A stretch of DNA of 64,000 nt from an uncultured Rhodobiaceae bacterium (GTDB lineage: Bacteria; Pseudomonadota; Alphaproteobacteria; Rhizobiales; TMED25). The stretch spans positions 15,128-79,127 of the forward strand of contig CAJWPC010000001.1 in NCBI GenBank assembly GCA_913045225.1, read 5' to 3'. Each line of letters opens with the position of its first letter. Position 1 is the first letter of the stretch. Below the pieces are notes generated by a model, which did no database searches, was not told the origin of the DNA, and saw only the letters and a program-made list of their open reading frames with translations. A program made the position numbers and the translations under genes. Positions 31,477 to 43,138 of the stretch are shown here, piece after piece.

Positions 31477-32037
31477 TTGAGTTTAGAAAGTACAAAATTT
31501 GAGAAATCTCAACTTAGGGCTGATGCACTAGAGGATATGAGACTAATCAAGCCATCTGAAAAATTATTTTATGAGAAGAAGCTCACAGAAATGAGTTTAA
31601 GTTTTTTGGGATCAAGTCAGACCATTGCGGGGTATTATCCTATCAATAATGAATTAAATATCCTACCGCTGCTTCAGCTCCTTTCGTCAATTGGTTATCA
31701 AATCGCTCTTCCATGTATTACCGAAAAGAAGATCCTCGATTTTAGAATATGGAATATGAAAAAATCACTTGTGAAGAACAGATATAAAATTTATGAACCA
31801 GTCGATGGGATATTATCAATCCCAGAAATTGTATTGGTACCCGGACTCCTTTTTGATAAGAGTCTTCATCGATTAGGATATGGCGGTGGTTTTTATGATA
31901 GGACCATTCAGCATTTTAGACAAAAAGATAATACTAAATTTATTGGTATCTGCTACCCAGCCCAGATTATACCAAAATTACCTCGTGTAGAACATGATCA
32001 AAAGCTTGATTTTCTGGTTAATTTAGATGAAATATAA
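31477..32037 (+). CDS. 5-formyltetrahydrofolate cyclo-ligase
   Basis: K..LR, YYPI.NE, VPGLLFD and RLGYGGGFYDR motifs. TTG start. Confidence 0.93.
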   Translation: MSLESTKFEKSQLRADALEDMRLIKPSEKLFYEKKLTEMSLSFLGSSQTIAGYYPINNELNILPLLQLLSSIGYQIALPCITEKKILDFRIWNMKKSLVKNRYKIYEPVDGILSIPEIVLVPGLLFDKSLHRLGYGGGFYDRTIQHFRQKDNTKFIGICYPAQIIPKLPRVEHDQKLDFLVNLDEI

Positions 32038-32072
32038 TTTAGTAAATGTATAATCTTAAACTGGAAATATAA

Positions 32073-32885
32073 ATGCGGGTATTGTTTATCGGTGACATTG
32101 TCGGAGAGTCTGGAAGAAAAGTTGTAACTCAAAATCTCTTAAGAATTCGGGATAAATATAAACTTGATTTTGTAATAGCTAATGGCGAAAACTCAGCATC
32201 AGGATTTGGAATAACAGAAAAAATTCTGCACAGTTTAATTGACTCTGGTGTCGATGTGATTACGTCTGGGAATCATATTTGGGACCAAAAAGACACACTG
32301 ATATATATTGAAAGAGAGACTCGATTGTTGCGACCCGCCAATTATCCAAAGGGAACGCCCGGTAAAGGCTCATTTTTGTATAAAGCCAAAAACGGTGAGC
32401 AGATATTGGTCATCAACATAATGGGTAGAGTCTTTATGAATCCTCTGGATGATCCGTTTAGAATAATTGATGATATTATTGATAACAATGGCTTAAATAA
32501 TGTTGTTGACGCAATTTTTGTTGATTTTCATGCAGAAGCAACATCTGAGAAGTTAGCTATGGGATATTATCTAGACGGGAGAGTAAGTATGATAGCTGGC
32601 ACACATACCCATATTCCAACATCTGATGCAAGAATATTAAGCAAAGGAACAGGTTATATCTCAGATGTTGGTATGAGTGGTGATTATGACTCAATCTTGG
32701 GTTTTGATAAGCAAAACCCACTCGAAAAATTTATTTCAGGGATTCCAAGTGGTCGATTTATCCCAGCAAAGGGTGAAGGTACATTCTCTGGTATATTATT
32801 TGAGACAAATAGTGACGGTCTAATCTCAAATATTTCTCCGATTAAATTTGGGGGAGTTTTTGATGATGAATTACCAGATTTTTGA
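32073..32885 (+). CDS. YmdB / TIGR00282 family metallophosphoesterase
   Basis: FIGDIVG, ANGENSA, TSGNHIWD, RPANY, VDFHAEATSEK and GTHTH motifs. Confidence 0.94.
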   Translation: MRVLFIGDIVGESGRKVVTQNLLRIRDKYKLDFVIANGENSASGFGITEKILHSLIDSGVDVITSGNHIWDQKDTLIYIERETRLLRPANYPKGTPGKGSFLYKAKNGEQILVINIMGRVFMNPLDDPFRIIDDIIDNNGLNNVVDAIFVDFHAEATSEKLAMGYYLDGRVSMIAGTHTHIPTSDARILSKGTGYISDVGMSGDYDSILGFDKQNPLEKFISGIPSGRFIPAKGEGTFSGILFETNSDGLISNISPIKFGGVFDDELPDF

Positions 32886-32933
32886 ACATTAAATTAACTT
32901 ATCGAGAGTAGAGTAAGGAAAAAGGATATTTTA

Positions 32934-33668
32934 ATGGCAGGACACTCTAAATTTAAAAATATACAATATCGAAAGGGAGCTCAAGATAAGAAAAGAGCAA
33001 AAATGTTTTCAAAGCTAGCTAAGGAGATAACAGTTGCTGCTAAGCTGGGTCTACCTGATCCAGGGATGAACCCAAGATTAAGATCGGCAATTCAAGCCGC
33101 AAGAGCGCAAAATATGCCAAAAGATAACATTGAACGTGCGGTAAAGAAAAGCCAAGATGCTGGTGGGGTAAACTTTGATGAGGTTCGCTATGAGGGTTTT
33201 GGTCCCGGCGGGACCGGCTTTATTATTGAAACGCTAACCGATAATAAGAATAGAACTGCAGGTGATATTAGATCAATATTCACAAAGTGTGGTGGAAATC
33301 TTGCTGAAACAGGCTCCGTATCCTTTCTTTTTAGTAAGGTAGGGCTGATTGAATTTGACCGATCTAAGTCAAGCGAAGATGAAATAATTGAGTCATCGAT
33401 TGATCAAGGAGCTGAAGATTGTGATATTTCCGATGATAGTTATGAAATTTATTGTCAACCATCAGATTTACACTCATTAGGTGAAAAGCTAGAAAAGAAA
33501 TTTGGTGATGCAAATTTAATGAAAATAATTTGGAAGCCTGAAAATAATGTTGTTATTGATCAGGATGCTTTTACAAAAATTGATCGCTTGTTAGAATTAC
33601 TTGATGACAATGATGATGTTCAAGACATTTATTTTAATTTCGATATACCGGATGACTTTATTTCATGA
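32934..33668 (+). CDS. YebC/PmpR family protein
   Basis: MAGHSKF, NMPKDNIERA, YEGFGPGG and TDNKNRT motifs. Confidence 0.96.
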   Translation: MAGHSKFKNIQYRKGAQDKKRAKMFSKLAKEITVAAKLGLPDPGMNPRLRSAIQAARAQNMPKDNIERAVKKSQDAGGVNFDEVRYEGFGPGGTGFIIETLTDNKNRTAGDIRSIFTKCGGNLAETGSVSFLFSKVGLIEFDRSKSSEDEIIESSIDQGAEDCDISDDSYEIYCQPSDLHSLGEKLEKKFGDANLMKIIWKPENNVVIDQDAFTKIDRLLELLDDNDDVQDIYFNFDIPDDFIS

Positions 33669-33686
33669 ATAAAGAAGATACACATA

Positions 33687-34184
33687 ATGTTAAAAAAAAT
33701 TATTGGAATTGACCCTGGTCTAATACACACTGGTTGGGGGCTTATAACTGTTGAAGGAAATTTAATTAAACATATTGATCATGGTTTAATAAAAGTTAAA
33801 ACAGGTCAAGACCTCTCAGATAGACTCCATGATTTACACAGAGATTTATCATTGGTTTTGGGTAATTTTTTACCAGATGAGGCTGCCTTAGAGCAAACAT
33901 TTGTTAATAACAATGCTCTTTCAAGTCTCAAGCTTGGGCACGCAAGGGGTGCAATAATGCTATCACTGTCAATGATGAACATAAAGTGCTTTGAGTATGC
34001 CCCAAATCAGATAAAAAAAAGTATTGTTGGAAAAGGTCATGCAGATAAAAACCAGATTGCTCACATGGTTAATATACTTCTCTCAAAAAAAATTAATGGT
34101 ACCTCTGATGTTTCAGATGCGTTAGCAATTGCGATTACGCATGCAAATCAAATGCATAATAAAATAGCGAAGGCAATTGCATGA
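33687..34184 (+). CDS. ruvC: Holliday junction resolvase RuvC
   Basis: IGIDPG, LEQTF, LGHARG, KGHADK.Q and DALAIA motifs. Confidence 0.96.
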   Translation: MLKKIIGIDPGLIHTGWGLITVEGNLIKHIDHGLIKVKTGQDLSDRLHDLHRDLSLVLGNFLPDEAALEQTFVNNNALSSLKLGHARGAIMLSLSMMNIKCFEYAPNQIKKSIVGKGHADKNQIAHMVNILLSKKINGTSDVSDALAIAITHANQMHNKIAKAIA

Positions 34185-34759
34185 TTGCAAAAATTAAAGG
34201 TAATGTTGAGGCAGTTAATGGTAATAGAGTAATTGTTGATGTGAATGGGTTAGGATATGAGGTGCAGTGCCCAGAGAGATCAATTAATGCAATCGAAAAG
34301 AACAAATGTATATCACTATATATTCAAACAGTTTTGAGGGATGATACAATCAATCTTTATGGTTTTTTATCTCTTGAAGAGAAAAAGGCATTCTCAACAT
34401 TGCAAACTGTTCAGGGAGTTGGTGCAAAATTAGCTATGACCATAATAGGCTTCTTTTCAGTTAAAGAACTTGGAAATCATATCGGAAGTGGTGATGAAAA
34501 ATCAATTTGTTCAGCTCCTGGTGTAGGCGCAAAAGTTGCAAAAAGGATAATTACCGAACTAAAAGATGTTTATTCAGATCAATCAAATAATTATGACAAT
34601 GAGGCTCTCACAAAACGGAATAGTATTAATTCAGCTCTGATAAACCTAGGATATAGCCAAGCGGAAGCATTAAACCTTATCCAAAAAATAAAGAGTGATA
34701 TTAATGATGGAGCTAGTATCGAAGACCTCATTAAAGAAGCCCTCAGGAGATCCGATTAA
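34181..34759 (+). CDS. ruvA: Holliday junction branch migration protein RuvA
   Basis: [28 protein letters not shown] and ALINLGY motifs. Confidence 0.95.
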   Translation: MIAKIKGNVEAVNGNRVIVDVNGLGYEVQCPERSINAIEKNKCISLYIQTVLRDDTINLYGFLSLEEKKAFSTLQTVQGVGAKLAMTIIGFFSVKELGNHIGSGDEKSICSAPGVGAKVAKRIITELKDVYSDQSNNYDNEALTKRNSINSALINLGYSQAEALNLIQKIKSDINDGASIEDLIKEALRRSD

Positions 34760-35727
34760 TGGATAATGATATTAGAATTTATCGACCAAGGTTACTTGAT
34801 CAATTTATAGGTCAAAACTTAGTCAGAAAAAATTTAGAAGTTTTCATTCAATCTGCAAAAGAACGCGAAAGTAGCCTCGATCATGTGCTATTGGCTGGAC
34901 CACCAGGACTTGGGAAGACAACCTTAGCAAATATTATTGCGAACGAGCTAAATGTAAATATCAGAGTTACATCAGGACCACTTATAACAAAGGCTGGAGA
35001 TCTTGCGGCGATACTTAGTAATATGGAACAGAATGACGTACTCTTTATAGATGAAATACACAGGCTGAGTAACAGTGTAGAAGAGGTACTTTATGCCGCA
35101 ATGGAGGACTATGTCCTTGATATACTTATTGGTGAAGGTCCCGCGGCAAAGTCAGTTAGGATTGAGCTTTCTCCTTTCACTCTCATTGGCGCAACAACAA
35201 GGCTTGGTTTGATTTCCAATCCATTGAGGGAGAGATTTGGGATACCAATAACACTCGATTTTTATAGAGCTGAAGATCTTACAATGGTGGTTAAAAAAGC
35301 TGCCCATGAGTTAGCAATAGTAATTGATGACGCTTCGGCGAAAGAAATTGCTAAAAGATCGAGAGGAACACCAAGAATTGCAAATAGATTACTTCGCAGA
35401 GTGCACGATTATTCTGTATACAATAAACTGGATGGTATTAATGTTGATCTTACGCGGCTCTCCTTGCAAGAACTTGAAGTAGATGATATTGGACTCAATT
35501 CGCTTGATTATAGATACCTCGAGTGCATTATAGAAAATTACGACGGTGGACCTGCAGGTGTTGACTCAATTGCCGCATCAATGGGAGAGGCACGTGACGT
35601 CTTAGAGGACGTAGTTGAGCCCTATTTGATACAAAAAGGACTGATAAATAGGACACCTCGAGGTCGTTTGTTGTCAAAAAAATCTGCAGAAGATATAAAA
35701 AATAGACTAAATCAAATACGCAAATGA
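34759..35727 (+). CDS. ruvB: Holliday junction branch migration ATPase RuvB
   Basis: [28 protein letters not shown] and TPRGR motifs. Confidence 0.98.
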   Translation: MDNDIRIYRPRLLDQFIGQNLVRKNLEVFIQSAKERESSLDHVLLAGPPGLGKTTLANIIANELNVNIRVTSGPLITKAGDLAAILSNMEQNDVLFIDEIHRLSNSVEEVLYAAMEDYVLDILIGEGPAAKSVRIELSPFTLIGATTRLGLISNPLRERFGIPITLDFYRAEDLTMVVKKAAHELAIVIDDASAKEIAKRSRGTPRIANRLLRRVHDYSVYNKLDGINVDLTRLSLQELEVDDIGLNSLDYRYLECIIENYDGGPAGVDSIAASMGEARDVLEDVVEPYLIQKGLINRTPRGRLLSKKSAEDIKNRLNQIRK

Positions 35728-35825
35728 CAAAATCTGGTCATATTTTTAGTCTATCTTTGATTTTTATTTATATTTAATATTATTATTAGAGCATTACATA
35801 GAAACATAGATAAAATAGTTAATTA

Positions 35826-36563
35826 ATGGATGAATCACTAGTTACAACTGACCTAAGTTTGATGGGTCTCTTTTCTGAGGCAGACTTGGTTGTAAAATTG
35901 GTTATGCTCGGGCTTATGATTGCTTCAGTAATCTCATGGGCAATTATATTTGAGAAATTAATTTTAATAAAATTAGTAAACCGTAATGCTATAAAATTTT
36001 ATCGTGATTTTTGGAGCAGTAATATCAATGATATCGATGCTGCCTATCGGAATTCAAGAAATAACCCTATGGCAAAAATCTTCAATGCTGGAATAAAGGA
36101 ATGGAATACGACTTTCAAAATACATAAGAATATGTCGATTGATGGGGTCAAAGGAAGAATTGAGAAGGCAATGAATGTGCAGATGAATATTGAGTTAGAT
36201 AAACTCGAAAAGAAATTATTATTTTTGGCCTCTGTGGGTTCAACAGCTCCGTTCATTGGTCTTTTTGGAACGGTATATGGGATAATGAATAGTTTTTCAG
36301 CAATTGCCACTTCCAAAAGTACAAACCTCACTGTTGTAGCCCCTGGAATTGCGGAGGCACTTTTCGCAACAGCCATTGGGTTATTTGCAGCCATACCAGC
36401 CGTTATGTTTTATAATAAAATATCAAGCGATATTGCGCGTGTGACTTCGAATCTTGAAAATTTTAGTGATGAATTTATCAACTACTTTAGTCGTCAAATA
36501 GACGCTCAAATGGTAGCTGAAGATGTTGATGACAACTACCAAACTGATGAAGAAGAGTTTTAA
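35826..36563 (+). CDS. tolQ: TolQ
   Basis: SWAII, GSTAPFIGLFGTV.GIM and VAPGIAEAL.ATA.GL motifs. First gene of the tol cluster. Confidence 0.95.
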   Translation: MDESLVTTDLSLMGLFSEADLVVKLVMLGLMIASVISWAIIFEKLILIKLVNRNAIKFYRDFWSSNINDIDAAYRNSRNNPMAKIFNAGIKEWNTTFKIHKNMSIDGVKGRIEKAMNVQMNIELDKLEKKLLFLASVGSTAPFIGLFGTVYGIMNSFSAIATSKSTNLTVVAPGIAEALFATAIGLFAAIPAVMFYNKISSDIARVTSNLENFSDEFINYFSRQIDAQMVAEDVDDNYQTDEEEF

Positions 36564-36577
36564 GAATTTGCAAAATA

Positions 36578-37012
36578 ATGGCAACAAATATAAAAACATT
36601 ACCAAATAACAGAAGAAGAAGTAGAAAGAATAACCCGATTTCTGATATTAATGTAACTCCCCTTGTTGATGTTATGCTTGTACTGCTGATCGTTTTTATG
36701 GTAACTGCACCATTATTAACAGTTGGCGTTCCAATTGAGCTTCCAAAAACTTCGGCAAAGCAAATGACTGATGACAATGAGCCATTAACTATCACAATTG
36801 ACAAGAACAGCAAAATTTATATTCAAGAAATGGAGATAGATTTTGATGACTTAACCGAAAAACTTGAGGCGATCGGGCAGAGTAACTTTGATCAAAAAAT
36901 CTATATTAATGGTGATAAAGATATTAGTTATGAAGTCTTAATGAGAGTAATGGCTAAGATTAGTTCTTCCGGTTATACATCAATTGGATTAGTTACAGAT
37001 ATAGAGTCTTAA
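36578..37012 (+). CDS. tolR: TolR
   Basis: INVTPLVDVMLVLLIVFMVTAP motif. Confidence 0.95.
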   Translation: MATNIKTLPNNRRRSRKNNPISDINVTPLVDVMLVLLIVFMVTAPLLTVGVPIELPKTSAKQMTDDNEPLTITIDKNSKIYIQEMEIDFDDLTEKLEAIGQSNFDQKIYINGDKDISYEVLMRVMAKISSSGYTSIGLVTDIES

Positions 37013-37013
37013 T

Positions 37014-37844
37014 ATGTTAGCCAAACCAATATCTATATCAGTTTTATTACATCTACTATTTGTTGTAATTATTATAACAGGTCTGCCATCATTCGACAGG
37101 CTTGAAGAAAGCCCGATGTCCATTGTTGAAATCGAACTTATTAATAATCTTCCAGCAATTACACAAGAAATTATAGAAGATGACAGTAAAGAGGAGTCCG
37201 CATCCGATAAAAAAAAATATAGCGCGACACCCAACGTTAAACCATCTATGAGAAGCGAAGAGTCAAAGAATATGAGTGTACTTGAAAATGAGGAGCCAAT
37301 TGAGAAAACTACTAACGCTAAACAGCAAGAAGATGAAAATATCATGGAATTTTTCTCCACACCGGAAATTAAGCCTGAATTGAACAAAATTAATGACAAA
37401 TTATTAACCAATTTGGATTACGATGAGAATAAGAAGGAAACAGATAAAGTCACAGCACTACTCGATAAATTTCCTGATGAAAGAGATATTGGGGAAATGA
37501 TTGAAAACAAACCACAAGAGAAAAATTTAACCTCCGATAATATTATCACTGCTGGTGAGATATCAAATATGCGAAGTCAAATAGAGATGTGTTGGAATCC
37601 ACCTGTGGGAGTGCGTGGAGCAGCAAGCCAGAGAGTACAGGTGATGATTGCACTCAACAAAGATGGTACGATATCGAATGTAGAGCCTATCACAAGAGAC
37701 TCAAACGGAAGCAGGGAAGTTGCAATTGATGCTGCAGTAAGAGCTGTGTTGAGATGCGCGCCATATGAGTTTCCCATTGAAAAATATGAATCATGGAAAG
37801 AGATAAAGTTTACCTTTGATCCAAGGAATATGTTGGGTGGATAA
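37014..37844 (+). CDS. tolA: TolA-like TonB-family protein
   Basis: N-terminal TM with S..LH motif, charged linker, C-terminal CWNPP...A.RA+.RCAP. Sits between tolR and tolB. Confidence 0.82.
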   Translation: MLAKPISISVLLHLLFVVIIITGLPSFDRLEESPMSIVEIELINNLPAITQEIIEDDSKEESASDKKKYSATPNVKPSMRSEESKNMSVLENEEPIEKTTNAKQQEDENIMEFFSTPEIKPELNKINDKLLTNLDYDENKKETDKVTALLDKFPDERDIGEMIENKPQEKNLTSDNIITAGEISNMRSQIEMCWNPPVGVRGAASQRVQVMIALNKDGTISNVEPITRDSNGSREVAIDAAVRAVLRCAPYEFPIEKYESWKEIKFTFDPRNMLGG

Positions 37845-37845
37845 T

Positions 37846-39159
37846 ATGACAAATCGAATGAACAGATTCATCTTCTTGCTATTTTTCTTATTATTTTATT
37901 CAACCACCTCACAAGCTGCCCTTGAAATAGATGTTACAGAGGGGAACCTCAGACCAATGCCGATTGCAATAACCACGGTAATTGATAGACAAAATGAGCA
38001 GCTTGGTCTTGGTCTCGATATAACAAAAGTTATTGCAAGTGACCTTGCTGGTTCGGGTTTATTCTATCCTATAAATCCAAAAGCATTCTTGGATGAAGTT
38101 AACTCTGTGGATAGGAGTCCCAATTTTAATTCATGGCGAGTGATAAATGCTGAGGCTTTATTCACCGCGGAACTTGTTTATGATAATGAAAGATACAGAA
38201 TAAACTACAAGCTTTGGGATACTTTCACTGAGAAGTCCCTTGAAGCCAACTACTTAGTCTTTTCAAAAAGTAAATGGAGAAACGTGGCGCACATGATTGC
38301 TGATACAATTTATACCCGCCTAACGGATGAGAAGGGTTATTTTGATACACAAATTGCCTTTATTGCGGAGAGTGGGCCTAAGACGGAAAGAATAAAAAGA
38401 CTGGCTATAATGGATCAGGATGGTCAAAATGCCGTATTATTGACATCAGGTAGAGATCTTGTATTGACTCCTAGATTTAGCCCAAACGGTAAAGAGCTTG
38501 TATACTTATCATATAGAAATGGTCAACCTCAGGTATATATTTATGATATTCAATCAAAACAAACATATGTAGTTGGAACATTTCCCGGCATAACATTTGC
38601 TCCTAGGTTCTCCCCTGACGGAAAAAAAATCATCATGAGCTTACAAGAGGGAGTAGGATCGAATTTATTTGAGATGGATTTGAGTAATTTTGATAGAAAG
38701 AGGTTAACTAATACATCTGATATCAACACAGCTCCCAGCTACTCTCCTGACTCAAGTAATATTGTATTTGAGTCAGATAAGTCAGGCACGCAGCAGTTGT
38801 ATGTAATGGATGCTAATGGAAATAATGTAAGAAGGATTAGCTTTGGAACCGGAAGTTACTCTACACCTGTTTGGTCTCCAAGAGGTGATTACATTGCATT
38901 TACAAAGATTTCTAAGGGTCGATTTATGATTGGTGTGATGTTTACGGATGGAAGTGGTGAGAGGATCATTACTGACGGCTTCCACAATGAAGGCCCAACA
39001 TGGGCTCCAAACGGTAGAGTTCTAATGTTTTTTCGCGAATCGCCAGGAGAAGATGGTGGGCCAATGATTTATTCTGTTGATATCACTGGATACAATGAGA
39101 GAAAGATTGAAACACCTGGTTATGCGTCAGACCCATCATGGTCTGCATTAATGAACTAA
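37846..39159 (+). CDS. tolB: TolB beta-propeller protein
   Basis: Signal peptide, H.IAD.IY..LT.E.GYFDT, repeated P.FSPDG / P.WSP blades. ATG 37846 avoids overlap with tolA. Confidence 0.96.
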   Translation: MTNRMNRFIFLLFFLLFYSTTSQAALEIDVTEGNLRPMPIAITTVIDRQNEQLGLGLDITKVIASDLAGSGLFYPINPKAFLDEVNSVDRSPNFNSWRVINAEALFTAELVYDNERYRINYKLWDTFTEKSLEANYLVFSKSKWRNVAHMIADTIYTRLTDEKGYFDTQIAFIAESGPKTERIKRLAIMDQDGQNAVLLTSGRDLVLTPRFSPNGKELVYLSYRNGQPQVYIYDIQSKQTYVVGTFPGITFAPRFSPDGKKIIMSLQEGVGSNLFEMDLSNFDRKRLTNTSDINTAPSYSPDSSNIVFESDKSGTQQLYVMDANGNNVRRISFGTGSYSTPVWSPRGDYIAFTKISKGRFMIGVMFTDGSGERIITDGFHNEGPTWAPNGRVLMFFRESPGEDGGPMIYSVDITGYNERKIETPGYASDPSWSALMN

Positions 39160-39256
39160 AATATCTGATTTACATTTTTTTTAAACATTACATCATTTGT
39201 TAACATTTACATGATAACTTTAAGGATCATTACTATTTTTAAAGAGGAAATTAACA

Positions 39257-39766
39257 ATGGTATATAAAAAAGCACTTAATCTTTCCGTGACTTTTTTATT
39301 AATCTTCATCCTTACGGGCTGTTCATCGACACGAAAAAATGTTGAACAGATCTTATTCGGAGGAGGAAATAATAATGAAGCTGAAATAGTCTCAAATGCT
39401 ATTCCTGGATCTTCCCAAGACTTCACAGTAAATGTTGGAGACCGTGTATTTTTTGCAACAAATTCAACAAGTTTAGATGATGATGCAAAAGCTATACTTG
39501 AAAGGCAAGCTTCTTGGTTAGAATTGTATCCAGAAATTAGTATCATTGTTGAAGGACACGCCGATGAGAGGGGTACCAGAGAGTACAATATCGCGCTTAG
39601 CGCTAAAAGAGCTGACATTGCAGTAGCATACCTCGAAAGTCTTGGTATAGCTGGGGATAGGGTCGAAACCGTTCCCTATGGTAAAGAGAGACCAGTTGCA
39701 GCCTGCTCATCTGAAGCTTGTTGGTCACAAAACAGACGAGCTGTGTCTGTAGTAATCATTGAGTAA
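39257..39766 (+). CDS. pal: Peptidoglycan-associated lipoprotein Pal
   Basis: LTGC lipobox, GDRVFF, EGHADERGTREYN.AL and QNRRAV motifs. Confidence 0.96.
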   Translation: MVYKKALNLSVTFLLIFILTGCSSTRKNVEQILFGGGNNNEAEIVSNAIPGSSQDFTVNVGDRVFFATNSTSLDDDAKAILERQASWLELYPEISIIVEGHADERGTREYNIALSAKRADIAVAYLESLGIAGDRVETVPYGKERPVAACSSEACWSQNRRAVSVVIIE

Positions 39767-39872
39767 TTAGAAATTATCAACTAGATATTTTAGCCACGAT
39801 AATATATCATTTACTACCAAATTAGTTTTGGAATGATCTCTAATTTGAAAAATTTAATGATATTCGTTAATT

Positions 39873-41153
39873 ATGGTAAATGATAACAAATTTCCTCTCA
39901 CTGATCTTAGAGTATGTGGTTTATTTTCAAGCTATGTAAATCATGATAGGATTGCGCTAGCGGTCTCGGGCGGGCGAGATAGCATGGCCTTAATGTGTTT
40001 GGTGTATCGTTGGAAAGCCCATTTAGCACTAAATATTGAGATTGAAGTAATCACAGTTAACCATAATCTCAGGAAGGCTGCCGAAGATGAATGTCGATTT
40101 GTACAGAAAATTGCTAAAGATTACGGATTCAGGCATAAAGTACTGACATGGGAACATGAATACATCGAGACTTCTATTCAAGAGAAAGCACGAAATGCAA
40201 GATACCAGCTCATGCTGGATTATGCCAGAGAGGAGAATATTGATACAATTTTGACCGCTCACACCTCTGACGATAATATAGAAACATTTATTATGCGTCT
40301 TGCAAAAGGGAGTGGGCTCGATGGACTTAAATCAATTAATGAAATTCGACACGCGGATGGAATTCAGATAGAAAGGCCATTGCTCTCATTATCTCGTTCA
40401 TTAACAACTGAAATCCTCAGGTCAACAGGTAATGAATGGGTAGATGACCCAACAAACGAAGATGAAAGATTCGAGAGAGTTAAAATAAGAAATAATATTA
40501 GCTCCTTGTCTTCTTTTAATATATCGTCCGGCAATTTAACAAAAACAATTCAACGTCTGACCAGGGCGCATGAGTCAATTAGCTTTTTTACCAACTTAGT
40601 ATCACAAGAGCTAGTCGAATTAAGTGAGTTGGGACACGCCGATGTCAATTTCGATAAATTACGTAATTACCCAAAAGAAATAATATTAAGGGTATTAGCT
40701 AAAGCCTTAACAGATATTAATGGGGGAACTGTATCCCTCTCATCATTGGAAGCGGTGTTTACGGAATTAATCAAAACAGAGAGATGTAAGACCCTTAACG
40801 GCTGTCAAATAATACCACAGAAGAATAAATATGTTATAGTGAGAGAGAATAGGGGGATAAGTCCCGCTGAAATAAAAATAAACGAACGCATTTCTTGGGA
40901 CGGAAGATTTGATGTGCATCTTAAATCATGTGACAAAACAAATATTGTCATTGATCAAATTGGAAATGCAGATGATCTTCGAACAATGATAGATGGGACA
41001 TCTTTTCAAAGTATGCCAAAGTATGTATTGAGAACATTGCCTGGTGGATTCATAAAAGATAAGCTTGTATTACTACCAAACACACACAATATATATAATA
41101 GTGGTTATTTAGATGTTAAATTTAGAATTAGCGATGAAAAAAAATTTTCATAA
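39873..41153 (+). CDS. tilS: tRNA(Ile)-lysidine synthetase
   Basis: AVSGGRDS, V.H.LR, AR.ARY, AH..DD..ET..MRL..GSG, RPLL and DPTN...FER motifs. Upstream of ftsH. Confidence 0.94.
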   Translation: MVNDNKFPLTDLRVCGLFSSYVNHDRIALAVSGGRDSMALMCLVYRWKAHLALNIEIEVITVNHNLRKAAEDECRFVQKIAKDYGFRHKVLTWEHEYIETSIQEKARNARYQLMLDYAREENIDTILTAHTSDDNIETFIMRLAKGSGLDGLKSINEIRHADGIQIERPLLSLSRSLTTEILRSTGNEWVDDPTNEDERFERVKIRNNISSLSSFNISSGNLTKTIQRLTRAHESISFFTNLVSQELVELSELGHADVNFDKLRNYPKEIILRVLAKALTDINGGTVSLSSLEAVFTELIKTERCKTLNGCQIIPQKNKYVIVRENRGISPAEIKINERISWDGRFDVHLKSCDKTNIVIDQIGNADDLRTMIDGTSFQSMPKYVLRTLPGGFIKDKLVLLPNTHNIYNSGYLDVKFRISDEKKFS

Positions 41154-41171
41154 ATTATGTAGGAGTTAAAA

Positions 41172-43100
41172 TTGGGTGGTTTTAGAAATATAGTTATATG
41201 GCTTGTCATTGGATTATTAATGATGGCTTTATACAATGTATTCCAGACTTCTAATGAAACAAGAGGCGTGAGCGAAGTTAGCTACACCACTCTCATTTCA
41301 GAAGTCTCTGGAGGAAATGTTAGGGATGTTGAAATATCCGGTGATGAAATTACGGGGACTTTTAATGATGGCTCAAGGTTTCATTCCTATTCACCTGAAG
41401 ACCCTCAGTTCATAGAGAGATTAAATGAACAAGGAGTGATTATAAATGTCAAGCCGGTAAGGCAGAGTGCGCTATTTTCAATTTTTGTTTCATGGTTCCC
41501 AATGTTGCTACTTATTGCAGTTTGGATATTTTTTCTCAAGCAAATGCAAGGTGGCGGACGTGGCGCTATGGGTTTTGGAAAATCAAAGGCAAAACTACTC
41601 AACGAAAAGAAAGGCAAAGTCACCTTTAGTGATGTTGCAGGCATTGATGAGGCAAAGGAAGATCTTGAAGAGATTGTTGAATTTTTAAAAGACCCACGTA
41701 AGTTTCAATATTTGGGTGGTAAAATCCCCAAAGGCGCATTACTTGTCGGACCTCCAGGTACGGGTAAAACACTATTAGCTAGGGCTATAGCTGGTGAAGC
41801 TGGTGTACCTTTTTTTACAATTTCTGGTTCAGATTTTGTTGAAATGTTCGTTGGTGTTGGAGCCAGTAGAGTGCGTGATATGTTTGAACAAGCAAAAAGA
41901 AGCGCGCCATGCATCATATTCATAGATGAGATAGATGCTGTTGGAAGACACAGAGGCGCCGGACTGGGCGGGGGTAATGATGAAAGAGAGCAAACATTAA
42001 ATCAACTGCTGGTGGAAATGGATGGCTTTGAAGAAAATGAAGGAATAATATTGATTGCAGCAACAAACAGACCTGATGTGTTAGATCCAGCTCTATTAAG
42101 ACCTGGTAGATTCGACAGACAAGTAGTTGTTCCGAATCCCGACATAATTGGACGTGAGAAGATTCTAAAAGTACACGTCAGAAAAGTTAAATTATCTGAT
42201 GAAATAAATCTAAAAGTTATAGCTAGAGGAACTCCAGGGTTCTCTGGTGCTGATCTTGCAAATCTTGTTAACGAGGCTGCACTTCTTGCAGCTCGAAGAG
42301 GCAAAAGAGTAATTACTCAAGATGAATTTGAAGACGCAAAAGACAAAGTAATGATGGGTTCTGAGCGTCGGACACTTGTAATGTCTGATGACGAAAAGAA
42401 ATTAACTGCATATCACGAGGCAGGCCATGCTCTTGTTGCAGTAAAGCAAAAAGCATCAGATCCAATTCATAAAGCCACAATAATTCCAAGAGGAAGAGCC
42501 TTGGGTATGGTCATGCGCTTGCCAGAAAGAGACCAGTTGTCTATGACCAGAGAGAAACTTAAAGCTGATCTTGCCGTTGCTATGGGCGGAAGGGCTGCTG
42601 AGGAACTGATTTTCGGTGACGAAAAAGTAACTTCAGGCGCACAATCTGATATCAAGATGGCAACAAATATGGCAAGAGCGATGGTTACGCAATTCGGTAT
42701 GAGTGATATTCTAGGTCCTCTTTCATATGGCAATAATGAAGATGAAGTCTTCCTTGGTTATTCTGTGGCAAAAACACAAAATCTATCAGAAGAAACACAA
42801 AAAATTGTTGACTCTGAAATACACAAGCTTGTAGATGGCGGTCATAAAGCTGCAACAGAAATTGTCATCGAATATAAAAAGGAACTCGAAATTATCGCTG
42901 AAGGCCTGCTTGAGTATGAGACTTTGTCCGGCGATGAGATATTAGACCTATTAAAGGGGAAGAATCCAGATAGACCTGATGCAGATGGAACAGAAGAGCC
43001 ACCAAGTGATCCAACTGCTGTACCAACTGAGAGTGCAGAAAAAAAAGCATCAAGTAAGGCAAAAAAAACCCAGAAAATGAAGCCGCAAACACAGCCATAA
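41172..43100 (+). CDS. ftsH: ATP-dependent zinc metalloprotease FtsH
   Basis: Two TMs, [22 protein letters not shown] and HEAGH motifs. TTG start. Confidence 0.99.
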   Translation: MGGFRNIVIWLVIGLLMMALYNVFQTSNETRGVSEVSYTTLISEVSGGNVRDVEISGDEITGTFNDGSRFHSYSPEDPQFIERLNEQGVIINVKPVRQSALFSIFVSWFPMLLLIAVWIFFLKQMQGGGRGAMGFGKSKAKLLNEKKGKVTFSDVAGIDEAKEDLEEIVEFLKDPRKFQYLGGKIPKGALLVGPPGTGKTLLARAIAGEAGVPFFTISGSDFVEMFVGVGASRVRDMFEQAKRSAPCIIFIDEIDAVGRHRGAGLGGGNDEREQTLNQLLVEMDGFEENEGIILIAATNRPDVLDPALLRPGRFDRQVVVPNPDIIGREKILKVHVRKVKLSDEINLKVIARGTPGFSGADLANLVNEAALLAARRGKRVITQDEFEDAKDKVMMGSERRTLVMSDDEKKLTAYHEAGHALVAVKQKASDPIHKATIIPRGRALGMVMRLPERDQLSMTREKLKADLAVAMGGRAAEELIFGDEKVTSGAQSDIKMATNMARAMVTQFGMSDILGPLSYGNNEDEVFLGYSVAKTQNLSEETQKIVDSEIHKLVDGGHKAATEIVIEYKKELEIIAEGLLEYETLSGDEILDLLKGKNPDRPDADGTEEPPSDPTAVPTESAEKKASSKAKKTQKMKPQTQP

Positions 43101-43138
43101 ATCATTCATTATTATTTAAACTTTAGGGATAGTTTTAT

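Noticed and set aside
35724-35747. Hairpin ATGAC/GTCAT plus T-run after ruvB as an intrinsic terminator
   Set aside because: Only a 5-bp AT-rich stem with an 8-nt loop; too weak to call.
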